From: a candidate division FCPU426 bacterium
GTDB taxonomy: Bacteria > Oederibacteriota > Muellerivitia > Muellerivitales > Muellerivitaceae
Reading direction: 5' to 3'
Assembly (NCBI GenBank): GCA_963830915.1
Contig: CAWHOE010000042.1
Location: forward strand, 1-64,000
Length of the DNA stretch: 64,000 bases
The notes under the pieces were generated by a model. The model was not told where the DNA came from. It made no database searches and saw only the letters and a list, made by a program, of their open reading frames with translations. The position numbers were made by a program, and so were the translations under genes. Below are positions 40,283 through 49,751 of the stretch, one piece after another. Position 1 is the stretch's first letter; every line of letters starts with the position of its first letter.

Positions 40283-40894
40283 GTGATGTCCTACAAAGGC
40301 CAAAGTTACAAGAGCCTGATCGGAATGCCGGGATTCAGCGATGAATTACTGGATATCCACTTGAAGCTTTACGAGGGTTACGTCGCCCATTTCAGTTCCA
40401 TGATCGATTCCCTGAACAAATCAACCAGGGATCCGGGAATGGTTGAGGAGATCGAACGGGAATTTTCCTGGGAGTTCAACGGTGTCCGGCTCCACGAGGC
40501 TTATTTCGGGAACGTGACGAAGCATTTCAATGTCCTGAACCCAGCCTCGGACCTGGCGTTACAGATCGTCAAGGATTTTGGGTCCGTGGAAGCCTGGGGG
40601 GATGATTTCAAGCGGGTGTGCCTCACCCCGGGGGCAGGCTGGGCGGTCCTGGCCTGGAACCCGGAAGAGAAGAGAATGGTCGATCTGTGGATCGAGGGGC
40701 ACGAGGTGGGGCCCCTTTTCTACTGTGTTTCCATCCTGGTCAATGATTGTTTCGACCACGCCTATAGGACCGATTATGGGGACGACCGGTCGGACTATAC
40801 TGACGCTTTCCTCAATGTCATCGACTGGAAGGAAATCCAAAAACGATTCCAAACCGTTATCCAATTGTCGAGAGCTTTTGAGTATTCCTTATGA
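40283..40894 (+). CDS. Fe/Mn superoxide-dismutase-like protein (divergent)
   Basis: HLKLYEGYV, NGVRLHEAYF, DFGSVEAW, GWAVL, DCFDHAY. Confidence 0.8.
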   Translation: MMSYKGQSYKSLIGMPGFSDELLDIHLKLYEGYVAHFSSMIDSLNKSTRDPGMVEEIEREFSWEFNGVRLHEAYFGNVTKHFNVLNPASDLALQIVKDFGSVEAWGDDFKRVCLTPGAGWAVLAWNPEEKRMVDLWIEGHEVGPLFYCVSILVNDCFDHAYRTDYGDDRSDYTDAFLNVIDWKEIQKRFQTVIQLSRAFEYSL

Positions 40895-41093
40895 CCAAAC
40901 GATCCATGAATAGACAAAAAGCTAAATTGATCCGGCGAAAAGTCACCCCTCTGTTGCCTCCACCCCAGAATAAAAGGGAAGGATCGCTTCCCCAGGAACC
41001 TGGTTTCCTCAACGAGGTGGATTGTTATGACGAGGGGATATTGTGGAAGCGTTTCAATGAAACAAGGCTTTCCGCCGCGTCCTATAGCCGGGG

Positions 41094-42200
41094 TTGGCCC
41101 CGGTGGTATTCATAGTGGTTCGACCTGATGTTTTTCCATGGCGGAACTGGATAAGCATGGGCCTTTTGATAATGCCATCCTGGGCCGTTGCCCAAACCCC
41201 GACGGCAAGCACCACGCCCGTTCCAAGCAAGAACCTGGTCTATGTGTTGGACAAGATATGGCCCGGGGATGGGACGAACGGGCTTAGCCTGAAGGACCCG
41301 GAAGCCTTGTCCTGCGCTCCTGACGGCTCGGTCTATATCGCCGACACGGGGAACAACCGCATCGTTCAATGGAAACAGGATAAAAAAGTCATCCGGACCA
41401 TCGGAAAATTCGGCGCCCAGGCTGATTGGGCCAATCCTCCCGAGTTCAACCAACCCAGCGGCATCCTCATCCATCCTTCAGGCCGTATTTATGTGGGGGA
41501 CACCCTTAACCACCGGATCGTGAAGTTGGACGCCGATGGGATGGTGGTGACGGTTTTTGGGGGGCAGGGTTCGGAAACTGGTTTCTTCAACATGCCGCGG
41601 ACCATCGCCAATGACCGCTACGGGAATATATGGGTCCTGGATACGGGGAATTCCAGGATCCAGATCTTCAGCGCCATGGGCGAGTTCCAATTCGCTTGGG
41701 GGTCCTTTGGGACGGGTGATTATCAGCTCAATAATCCCATGGGCATGGCCATCAACCCGATCGACCAGGGAATCATCGCCGATACGGGCAATTTCAGGTT
41801 CGAGGTTTTTAATGACGCCGCGGCCCCGGTCACCCAGGTGGGTTGGTACGGCAATGGGCCCCAGCAGTTCAAAGAGCCCTCGGGGATCGCGGTCTCCAAA
41901 ACGGGTCTAATGGCCATCGCCAACGCGGACCGGGTCGACTTTTATAACGATAACGACGGTGATTTTGAATATATGGGACGATGGAAACCGGATAGCCATT
42001 GGGATAGGTTGAAAACAGGTCCGCGGTTCCGTGGTATCGCCTGTGACCGGAAGAACCGGATCTATGTGACCGACGTCAATAATAACTGGTTGGTCCGTCT
42101 TAAACCGGTGGACCGATTTAGGGTTCAGGCTACCCCGGAACCATCGCCAACCCCTCCGCCTTCTGAACCATATACCGGGAACGGTTATCCCATCCGATAA
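41094..42200 (+). CDS. Exported NHL-repeat protein (start uncertain)
   Basis: Repeats YIADTGNNRI, FNQPSGI, VLDTGNSRIQIF. Confidence 0.85.
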   Translation: MAPVVFIVVRPDVFPWRNWISMGLLIMPSWAVAQTPTASTTPVPSKNLVYVLDKIWPGDGTNGLSLKDPEALSCAPDGSVYIADTGNNRIVQWKQDKKVIRTIGKFGAQADWANPPEFNQPSGILIHPSGRIYVGDTLNHRIVKLDADGMVVTVFGGQGSETGFFNMPRTIANDRYGNIWVLDTGNSRIQIFSAMGEFQFAWGSFGTGDYQLNNPMGMAINPIDQGIIADTGNFRFEVFNDAAAPVTQVGWYGNGPQQFKEPSGIAVSKTGLMAIANADRVDFYNDNDGDFEYMGRWKPDSHWDRLKTGPRFRGIACDRKNRIYVTDVNNNWLVRLKPVDRFRVQATPEPSPTPPPSEPYTGNGYPIR

Positions 42201-42245
42201 GTCCGCTATTAAAATTGTCTGATGAGTCAACGCCCGTGAGAAAAA

Positions 42246-42755
42246 ATGATTTATAATTTCCCATCGGTAGGTAATGAAAGAGGGAAAATGAGGACGAACA
42301 CCCGAAAAATATTCGGTTTCATTTGTGGTGTCGGACTTATGATCGGATCGGCCGGGTGCGCGGTGACCCTTTATGATTGGCCGGCGGTCGCTCAAAAGCT
42401 GGATGGGGAAGGGTCCTATCCCGCCTTGAATACCAGCGAGGTCTATTTCTTTCTCTCGAAAGAAGCTTTCCCCCCGGACCTCCATTGGGTGGAAGTCTGT
42501 ACGCTCCTGCCGCCCCAGAGATGCGAATGGTCGGATCGGAAGCTGATCAGCGAGTTCCAGGTGAAAGCGGCGGAAAACGGCGCCAACGCGGTCATATTCG
42601 ATTCGGTGAATACGATCAAGACGGAATTCGGTTTCTTTGTTTATACCGGACGCGCCACCTGTTACAGGCTATACAAACAAGACCCCTCGGAGGATGTGGA
42701 TCTTAGTTCCTCCCAATACGGGACCCAGGCCCCTAACCTAACAGAAGTTAAATAA
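42246..42755 (+). CDS. Hypothetical lipoprotein
   Basis: Lipobox SAGC; KAAENGANAVI resembles YbjQ-like domains. Confidence 0.6.
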   Translation: MIYNFPSVGNERGKMRTNTRKIFGFICGVGLMIGSAGCAVTLYDWPAVAQKLDGEGSYPALNTSEVYFFLSKEAFPPDLHWVEVCTLLPPQRCEWSDRKLISEFQVKAAENGANAVIFDSVNTIKTEFGFFVYTGRATCYRLYKQDPSEDVDLSSSQYGTQAPNLTEVK

Positions 42756-42772
42756 AAAACTATTCAGCACAG

Positions 42773-42851
42773 TGCCGACCTTTATATAAGTAATTAAAGA
42801 GGTCGGTATTGTACCGATTTCTTATACATCTATTATTTTGGTGAATCTGTA
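42773..42851 (+). repeat. 79-bp double-hairpin miniature element, copy 4
   Basis: TGCCGACC..GGTCGGTATTGTACCGATT..AATCTGTA. Confidence 0.7.
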
Positions 42852-42912
42852 TAAGACACAGAGTCACATGCCGAGGCCGGGCCAAATTACCGATATCGTT
42901 TATTTCGGGATT

Positions 42913-43089
42913 TTATCTCGTTCCGCTTCGTATGTATTTTTCAGCTTCGAGCCAATCGGTCAATTCATCTCCCGCCTGTTCGATCCTTCCCCGATTCAAA
43001 TAACTGTAATAAGCGGCTTCCTCGATCTTCTGGGTGTTATCCACGCTCTTTGAGAGCGGGATGGTTTTCTCTGTTTTCTTATTGAACAT
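42913..43089 (-). CDS. DUF2934-family protein
   Basis: IEEAAYYSYLNRG...DWLEAE. Confidence 0.85.
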   Translation of the reverse strand: MFNKKTEKTIPLSKSVDNTQKIEEAAYYSYLNRGRIEQAGDELTDWLEAEKYIRSGTR

Positions 43090-43157
43090 AACGACTTCCT
43101 TGATCGGATTATGCTGCCCAACCTGTTCGTTACATCGGCTTTTGCTTATCCGTAAAA

Positions 43158-43309
43158 GCAAGAAACGAGCCGTGTTTTGATGGGCGAAAGTACCGAATTT
43201 TCACCTTTCATTATTTTTGGCGATCAAAACGAGAGGCAAATGTCTTTATTGATCGCATCGATGAAATAAATAGTCATGACAGCGGGAAAACCCGCGGCAC
43301 GTTCCTTGC
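43158..43309. promoter_or_regulatory. Divergent sigma-54 promoter pair
   Basis: (-) GGCTCGTTTCTTGC 43158-43171; (+) GGCACGTTCCTTGC 43296-43309; CGATCAAAACGAGAG at 43221. Confidence 0.8.
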
Positions 43310-43373
43310 TTTAACACCCTCCATGGTTTTCGTTCTCAAAACAGAAATCCAAATAATACGCAAGGAAGTTAAA

Positions 43374-44171
43374 GTGAAAAAGTTCATAGCTCTTTCGATC
43401 ATGCTGGCACTGTTCCCGGCGGTCTTTATGACGGGATGTACCGGCTCAACGCCGACAGGTTCAAGCAACAATGGGGGCCCGACCGCAACACCAACGGCCA
43501 CACCCATTCCGGGCATTTATTTAACGCCCCAAACCACCCCTCAAGCGCAGGTCTCCCTATTGACCGCGGCTAATTACGTGATCCTGTCCTACACGGGGAT
43601 CACCAATAGCGGGCCCAGCACCACCTGCGGGGGTTATGGGGTCTATCCGGATGGATTGACCTCGGTAACGGGTTCTCCCGCGATCGTGGAGAATTGCGGC
43701 GGGGCCATTGATGTGGGCGATGCCACCGCGGATCAGGCCAAAAAAGACCTGGGAACGGCATATACCAACATCGGGAACCGGGTAGGCGGCGCGCCCATCC
43801 CGTCAGGCGCCGATATCGGGGGAACGACCCTGTATCCCGGTCTGTACATTGACAACGGGGACCTGAACATATCCTCCTCGGATTTGACCCTGGACGCCCA
43901 AGGCGACTCGACCGCCATCTTTATCTTCAAGGTTTCGGGCGTACTGACCGTCGCGACCAGCCGAAAGGTCACCCTGGCCAATAACGCGAACGCCGCCAAT
44001 GTCTATTGGTGGTTGACCAAGAACTGTACCTTGAACGCTTCCGTCCAAATGAAGGGGACCATCATGGCTTATACCTCCGTCACCTTCGGCAACAGTACCG
44101 TGCTGACCGGGCGGGCCCTGGCCGAAAACGGGGATGTAACTTTGCTGACCAATACCATTACCCATCCTTAA
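43374..44171 (+). CDS. Ice-binding-family (DUF3494) lipoprotein
   Basis: Lipobox TGC, TLYPGLY, LTLDAQGD..AIFIF, AANVYW, MKGTIMA, GRALA. Confidence 0.9.
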   Translation: MKKFIALSIMLALFPAVFMTGCTGSTPTGSSNNGGPTATPTATPIPGIYLTPQTTPQAQVSLLTAANYVILSYTGITNSGPSTTCGGYGVYPDGLTSVTGSPAIVENCGGAIDVGDATADQAKKDLGTAYTNIGNRVGGAPIPSGADIGGTTLYPGLYIDNGDLNISSSDLTLDAQGDSTAIFIFKVSGVLTVATSRKVTLANNANAANVYWWLTKNCTLNASVQMKGTIMAYTSVTFGNSTVLTGRALAENGDVTLLTNTITHP

Positions 44172-44295
44172 ACGAAGGTAGAGGAGAACGTGAGTCAAAG
44201 GAAAGCGCGGACCAGGCCAAAGCCCGGTCCGCTTTTCCATATTGAAGGGATTCAAAACTGTTGAACGGGTCTCAAAAATAAAGGAGGTTTCTGTC

Positions 44296-44586
44296 ATGGG
44301 CGCGAAAAGGGACGCTTACGTTGAGGAAATAAAAGGGAAGATCGACCATTGGAACCTGGAGATCGATAAGTTCCAGGCCAAGGCGGACATTGCCAAGGCG
44401 AAGGCCCAAGTCCAATACCTGAAACATATCGAGGAATTGAAGGACAAACGCAAGGAAGTCGAAGCGAAGCTGGATGAAATTCAGCGGTCCAGCGAAACGG
44501 CCTGGGAAGACGTGAAAGCCGGGGCGGATAAAGCATGGAAGTCCATGAGTGAGACGATCAAGATCGCTCGATCCAGGTTCAAATGA
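44296..44586 (+). CDS. Small coiled-coil stress protein (Sll1863-like)
   Basis: KRDAYVEEIKGKIDHW...AWEDVKAGADKAW. Confidence 0.75.
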   Translation: MGAKRDAYVEEIKGKIDHWNLEIDKFQAKADIAKAKAQVQYLKHIEELKDKRKEVEAKLDEIQRSSETAWEDVKAGADKAWKSMSETIKIARSRFK

Positions 44587-45719
44587 CGATCGAAGGGGGT
44601 ATGAAAGCCAGGACCAGCAGTTCAAATTCGCTTCTCATTCCTTTTCATTACAAGTCATTGAACATGCGCAACCGTTTTGTCATGGCCCCCATGACCCGTA
44701 ATTTCTCGCCCAACGGTATACCCACCGCAGAGGTGGCCGCCTATTACCGACGCCGCGCCGAGGGGAATGTGGGGCTCATCCTTTCCGAAGGCACGGTCAT
44801 TAATCGGCCGTCGAGCGCCAACTTGCCGGGTATTCCGCGTTTTTACGGGAAAGAATCCCTGGAGGGCTGGAAGGGAGTCATCGATAGTGTCCATGAGGCG
44901 GGAGGGGTGATGGGTCCTCAGATCTGGCATGTGGGTATCGGGAGCCCGACCCCAACCGGGAATTGGAAACCCGATGCTCCTGCCGAGGGTCCCTCAGGCT
45001 TGTATGGCCCCAGTCTTTCCAACGGTGTCGCCATGAGCGAGAAGGACATCCAGGACACTATCCAGGCTTATGGGGACGCCGCGGGCGAGGCCAAGCGGAT
45101 GGGATTCGATACGGTCGAGATCCACGGGGCCCATGGTTATCTTATCGATGAGTTTTTTTGGGCCGCCACCAATCAGCGGGAAGATAGTTACGGCGGGAAG
45201 ACCCTGCCAGAAAGATCCAGATTCGCGATCGAGGTGGTTGAGGCGGTGCGCCGAGCGGTCGGTGATGAATTCACTGTTATCTTGAGGCTTTCCCAATGGA
45301 AGCCCATGGACTACAAGGCCAAGCTGGCCCAAAACCCCAAGGAAATGGAAGCCTGGCTTGTTCCATTGGCCGAGGCGGGTGTGGACATTTTCCATTGTTC
45401 CCAGCGCAGGTTCTGGGAGGCCGAGTTTCCTGAATCCAGTCTTAATTTCGCAGGATGGGCCAAAAGGTTGACCGGAAAACCGACCATCACGGTGGGCTCG
45501 GTGGGTTTGACCGGGGAATTCATCGGCGCTTTCAAAGGCGAGGGCTCGGAAGCCCACTCGACCGATGACGTGATCCGCCGTTTCGAGAATGGGGAGTTCG
45601 ACCTGGTGGCTGTGGGCCGGGCGGTGCTGTCCGACCCCAACTGGGTCCTTAAGATCGAGCGGGACCGGTTCACGGAATTGATTGGGTTCAACCAGGAAGA
45701 CCTGAAAAGACTGACTTAG
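44583..45719 (+). CDS. NADH:flavin oxidoreductase (Old Yellow Enzyme family)
   Basis: NRFVMAPMTR, QIWHVG, EIHGAHGYLI, DLVAVGR. Confidence 0.93.
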   Translation: MTIEGGMKARTSSSNSLLIPFHYKSLNMRNRFVMAPMTRNFSPNGIPTAEVAAYYRRRAEGNVGLILSEGTVINRPSSANLPGIPRFYGKESLEGWKGVIDSVHEAGGVMGPQIWHVGIGSPTPTGNWKPDAPAEGPSGLYGPSLSNGVAMSEKDIQDTIQAYGDAAGEAKRMGFDTVEIHGAHGYLIDEFFWAATNQREDSYGGKTLPERSRFAIEVVEAVRRAVGDEFTVILRLSQWKPMDYKAKLAQNPKEMEAWLVPLAEAGVDIFHCSQRRFWEAEFPESSLNFAGWAKRLTGKPTITVGSVGLTGEFIGAFKGEGSEAHSTDDVIRRFENGEFDLVAVGRAVLSDPNWVLKIERDRFTELIGFNQEDLKRLT

Positions 45720-45749
45720 AACTCAAAACGGAAATGTTCTTAAACCACA

Positions 45750-45826
45750 TGCCGACTTCCGATTAAAAAATATTTTAAAGATGTCGGTATTGTACCGATT
45801 TCAAAATTTTATATGGAGAATCGGCA
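45750..45826 (+). repeat. Double-hairpin miniature element, copy 5 (degenerate copy at 45849-45920)
   Basis: Removing it plus one CA restores ACCACAGAGTCGCACGGAGTCACAC, the inverted partner of 46021-46046. Confidence 0.8.
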
Positions 45827-46056
45827 CAGAGTCGCACGGAGTCACACGTGCCGCTTTTCAATAGACATAATAAGAATGCGGTATTGTCCCGATTTCTTTG
45901 GCCTTTCGGGCCAAAGGGGACAGAGTTAAGTCTCTTTTTTGTAAATCCCATCAATCCCATTAATCTGTGGCTAAAACATCTTTTGGTTTAATGTGGAATC
46001 AAATCCCAATGTCTTACTCTGTGTGACTCCGTGCGACTCTGTGGTGAAAGCCTTGC

Positions 46057-46236
46057 TTATGGTTCTGTTAGGCTATCCCACACCTCTTTTTCAGCTTCGG
46101 CCCAGTCACACATCTTGTCGCCCGCCTGGGCGTAACGCTCCCGGTTCAAATAACAGTAATAGGCGGCTTGTTCGATCTGTTGGGTGATCTCAGTCTCGGT
46201 CAGCGCGACTTTTTTTTGTTTTGTGTCATCGCTCAT
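46057..46236 (-). CDS. DUF2934-family protein, second paralog
   Basis: IEQAAYYCYLNR...DWAEAE. Confidence 0.85.
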   Translation of the reverse strand: MSDDTKQKKVALTETEITQQIEQAAYYCYLNRERYAQAGDKMCDWAEAEKEVWDSLTEP

Positions 46237-46266
46237 TTCGGATCCTTTTTGGGAGTATTCATCATT

Positions 46267-46424
46267 AACCACCAAGGCACCAAGACACCAAGAAAATCTT
46301 TTTGAAGGTGTTTGAAAAACCAAGAAGGCAATCTAAATGAATCTCTTGTTTGAATTTGTAACTTAAAGAATTTTTCTTCACAAAGACTACAAGGGTTTCT
46401 TTGTGCCTTGGTGCCTTGGTGGTT
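46267..46424. repeat. CACCAAG-type inverted repeat pair (single arm also at ~60778-60809)
   Basis: AACCACCAAGGCACCAAGACACCAAG ... CTTTGTGCCTTGGTGCCTTGGTGGTT. Confidence 0.7.
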
Positions 46425-46452
46425 CAAATTGTGTTTTGGGTTAACAGTGAGT

Positions 46453-46666
46453 GCAAGAAACAAGCCGAGTCGTTTCGATCCGATCTTTTGTAATTTGACC
46501 CTTTTTCGATGGTTCCATCCCAAGAAAATCAAAACGAGACCGAAACCGATCATTTTGATCGGGAAGTCAGCGTCACATACAGGGACGCGGGTTCCGCCCC
46601 GCAAATATCGACCTTTCTCCTTTGTTCGGTGGGGTGGAGCCGCGCCAGCGGGGGCACGTTCCTTGC
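46453..46666. promoter_or_regulatory. Divergent sigma-54 promoter pair
   Basis: (-) GGCTTGTTTCTTGC 46453-46466; (+) GGCACGTTCCTTGC 46653-46666; palindromes at 46526 and 46547. Confidence 0.8.
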
Positions 46667-46720
46667 TTTAACACTAACCTCAAGTCATGGGATCAAATAT
46701 CTTTCACGGAGGCTTTTGAA

Positions 46721-47650
46721 ATGAGAAACGGAAGTTCTTTTCCGATGTTGGTGTTCTGCGTCATTGTGGCACTCGGCGGCGGTTTGGCTTATGTAATCTA
46801 TCTCGGCAATCCATCCAATTTTCCTGTCAGCGTTTTCATCGGGGCACTTACTTTTGCCGCCGCCCTGATAAGCTCGCTCGCGATCAAGGTCGCGGACCAA
46901 TGGGAAAGGGTCGTGATCCTGCGTCTGGGCAAGTATCGGTCCCTGGAAGGCCCCGGCCTGTTCTTCATCATCCCCATCATCGACGATATCGCCTATTGGA
47001 TCGACACCCGGGTGATCACCTCCGCCTTCAAGGCCGAGAAGACCCTGACCAAGGACACGGTGCCGGTGGACGTGGACGCGGTGCTGTTCTGGAAAGTGGT
47101 GGATCCCAAGAAAGCGGCCCTGGACGTGGCCGATTACCAGAGCGCCATCCAATGGGCCTCCCAGACGGCCCTGAGGGACGTGATCGGCAAGACCATGCTC
47201 TCCGACATGCTGGAAGGCCGGGAAAAGATCAGCAGCGAGCTCCAAAAGATCATCGATGTGCGCACCGAGCCCTGGGGCATCAACGTCATCTCGGTGGAGG
47301 TGAAGGACGTGCTGATCCCCGCGGCCTTGGAGGACGCCATGTCCATGCAGGCCCAGGCGGAAAGGGAGCGTCAGGCCCGCGTGATCCTGGGTGATTCGGA
47401 ACGCCAGGTGGCGGAGAAGTTCGGGGAAGCGGCCAAGACCTATATCAACAATCCGGTCGCCCTTCATTTGAGGGCCATGAACATGCTTTACGAGGGGTTG
47501 AAGGCCAATTCCACGATCGTCATCGTGCCAAGTTCGGTGGTGGAAACCATGCAGTTGGGAGGGATGGCAGGACTGACGGCCTTGACCATGGGTATCGGGC
47601 AGGAACAGGCGAACAAAGCGAAGGTTATTGGACCAGGAACCCAAACGTGA
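46721..47650 (+). CDS. SPFH/stomatin (slipin) family protein
   Basis: QWERVVILRLG, TKDTVPVDVDAV, QTALRDVIG, QAQAERERQAR. Confidence 0.93.
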   Translation: MRNGSSFPMLVFCVIVALGGGLAYVIYLGNPSNFPVSVFIGALTFAAALISSLAIKVADQWERVVILRLGKYRSLEGPGLFFIIPIIDDIAYWIDTRVITSAFKAEKTLTKDTVPVDVDAVLFWKVVDPKKAALDVADYQSAIQWASQTALRDVIGKTMLSDMLEGREKISSELQKIIDVRTEPWGINVISVEVKDVLIPAALEDAMSMQAQAERERQARVILGDSERQVAEKFGEAAKTYINNPVALHLRAMNMLYEGLKANSTIVIVPSSVVETMQLGGMAGLTALTMGIGQEQANKAKVIGPGTQT

Positions 47651-47693
47651 AGTCGGCGGTGAAAAGATACTCAAAGCTCGAAAGGAAATCAAA

Positions 47694-48464
47694 ATGTTGA
47701 ATAAAGCAAAAAACATGCAGGGTTACAAATTGCACGGCAAGGATGGGGAATTGGGAACGATCCAGGAGTTCTTCTTCGACGACCACCACTGGACGATCCG
47801 CTATCTGGTGGTTGACACGGGAACCTGGCTCGCTGGCCGACAGGTATTGATCTCTCCCTACGCGGTGACCTCGGTCCAACATGAGGGAAGATATGTCAGT
47901 GTCGAGTTGACCAAAAGGCAGATCGAGAACAGCCCGTCGTTGGAAAGCGACAAGCCGGTCTCGAGACAATTCGAGGAAACCTATCACGACTATTACAAAT
48001 TTCCCGTCTATTGGGGAGGCGCCTTCGCCTGGGGCCCCTATTCCTACATCAACCGCAACCGAGAAAACAGGGAAGAACCTGTAGCCGCTCATAAGGAGTG
48101 GGACCGCAACTTGCGCAGTACGGAAGACGTCACGAACCACCACATCCAGGCCCTGGACGGCGAGGTCGGATATGTCGAGGATTTCATCATTGACGACGAG
48201 AACTGGGCGATCCGCTACCTGGTCGTCAGTACCAATAATTGGCTGCCGGGAAAACACGTCCTCTTGTCGACCCGCTGGATCCAGAGCGTGAGCTGGAACG
48301 AACAGAAGGTATTCGTCGGCCTGACCAGGGAGGCCATCAAGAACTCGCCTGAGTTCTCGGCCCATTCCCTCCTGACCCGGGAATACGAGGTGGGACTGCA
48401 CCGCCATTACGACCGCCATGGCTATTGGCTTGATGACCTGGAAGTTGTCAAAACCACCCATTGA
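47694..48464 (+). CDS. Tandem PRC-barrel protein
   Basis: DGELGTIQEFFFDDHHWTIRYLVVDTG, duplicated within the protein. Confidence 0.9.
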   Translation: MLNKAKNMQGYKLHGKDGELGTIQEFFFDDHHWTIRYLVVDTGTWLAGRQVLISPYAVTSVQHEGRYVSVELTKRQIENSPSLESDKPVSRQFEETYHDYYKFPVYWGGAFAWGPYSYINRNRENREEPVAAHKEWDRNLRSTEDVTNHHIQALDGEVGYVEDFIIDDENWAIRYLVVSTNNWLPGKHVLLSTRWIQSVSWNEQKVFVGLTREAIKNSPEFSAHSLLTREYEVGLHRHYDRHGYWLDDLEVVKTTH

Positions 48465-48513
48465 AATGGTCGTTCACCCGCCGTACCGCAGTTGAAGTGG
48501 AAAGGAACTCTTT

Positions 48514-48834
48514 ATGATGGAAAAAGTCAGGCCGCTGAAAAACTACAAATTATTCGACCGCGCTGGCGTGTTGGGAAAGATCAAGGAATTCTATTTCGAC
48601 GATAACCACTGGACCATCCGTTATTGGGCCGCGGGAATGGGAAAACTGCTTTCGGGCAGGGAAGTAACCATCTCACCCTACGAGCTGGCCGGGGTGAACA
48701 AGGGAAACCACCGCATCACGGTCGATCTGGGTAAAAAGCGGATGGAAGAGCGTCTGCCCGCGCGGGATGGACTGGCCGGTCTGCGCCTGCATTACAAACT
48801 CCAGGCTTGCTGGGTCGATGAGATGACCCGTTAA
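48514..48834 (+). pseudogene. Truncated, degenerate PRC-barrel paralog
   Basis: EFYFDDNHWTIRY, single domain with internal deletion relative to its neighbours. Confidence 0.65.
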
Positions 48835-48869
48835 AAACGGCCAAAACAAAGTCAAGGAAGGAATGAACC

Positions 48870-49646
48870 ATGCTGAACAAAACCAAAATTCTGAAGGGTT
48901 ACAAATTGCACGGCCTGGACGGGGAAATAGGCGAGGTCAATGAGTTCTATTTCGATGACCAGTTTTGGACGGTCCGTTATCTGGTCGCCAACACGGTCCG
49001 GTGGCTTCCGGGACGGCCGGTGTTGATCTCGCCATACGCGCTGGGCGCGGTGGATAAGGAAAACCGGAGCATCACGGTCAAATTGACGAAAAAACAGATC
49101 GAGGAAAGTCCCTCGTTGGAAAGCGATAAGCCCGTCTCGAGGCAGTTCGAGGAGGCTTACCACGAGCATTACGGTTGGCCTGCCTATTGGAGCGGCGTAT
49201 ACGCTTGGGGACCTAATCCATTCATTTTGCCGGGTCGTGATAAACCTAAAAAAAACCTGTTCGGCGGTAAAAGGCCGGACCACCATTTACGCAGTACGGA
49301 TAAGGTGAGCGGATATGTCATCCAAGCGTCGGACGGTGAGATCGGCCATGTCTCTGATTTCATCATCGACGAAGAGACCTGGGCGATCCGTTACCTGGTC
49401 ATCGATACGAGGAATTGGCTGCCCGGAAAGTATGTCCTGGTCTCGACCAAATGGATCGAGCGGGTGAGCTGGGTTGAATCCAAGGTGTACGTCAATCTTT
49501 CCAGGGAGATGATCAAGTCTTCGCCCGAATACACGCCCGAATCCCTATTGACCCGGGATTACGAGATCGGCCTGCACCGTCATTACGACCGCCACGGATA
49601 TTGGGTGGAAGAGGTGGGAGCCGGAAAAAGCGCCCACATTGGGTAG
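48870..49646 (+). CDS. Tandem PRC-barrel protein, paralog
   Basis: Shares long identical stretches with 47694 (SPSLESDKPVSRQFEE, GLHRHYDRHGYW). Confidence 0.9.
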   Translation: MLNKTKILKGYKLHGLDGEIGEVNEFYFDDQFWTVRYLVANTVRWLPGRPVLISPYALGAVDKENRSITVKLTKKQIEESPSLESDKPVSRQFEEAYHEHYGWPAYWSGVYAWGPNPFILPGRDKPKKNLFGGKRPDHHLRSTDKVSGYVIQASDGEIGHVSDFIIDEETWAIRYLVIDTRNWLPGKYVLVSTKWIERVSWVESKVYVNLSREMIKSSPEYTPESLLTRDYEIGLHRHYDRHGYWVEEVGAGKSAHIG

Positions 49647-49751
49647 ATGGTCGGCGGGGCAGCCCTGCCGTTGGAAGAGGGAGGGTCCTATGGCAACGAT
49701 GAGCCGAAAGCCCCGTGAATGGTTTAAAGAAAAAATGATGGGAGATAACCG

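Noticed and set aside
40891..41115. 74-aa ORF between the SOD-like and NHL genes
   Set aside because: Its operon position is plausible, but there is no motif support and it overlaps the next ORF, so it is left uncalled.
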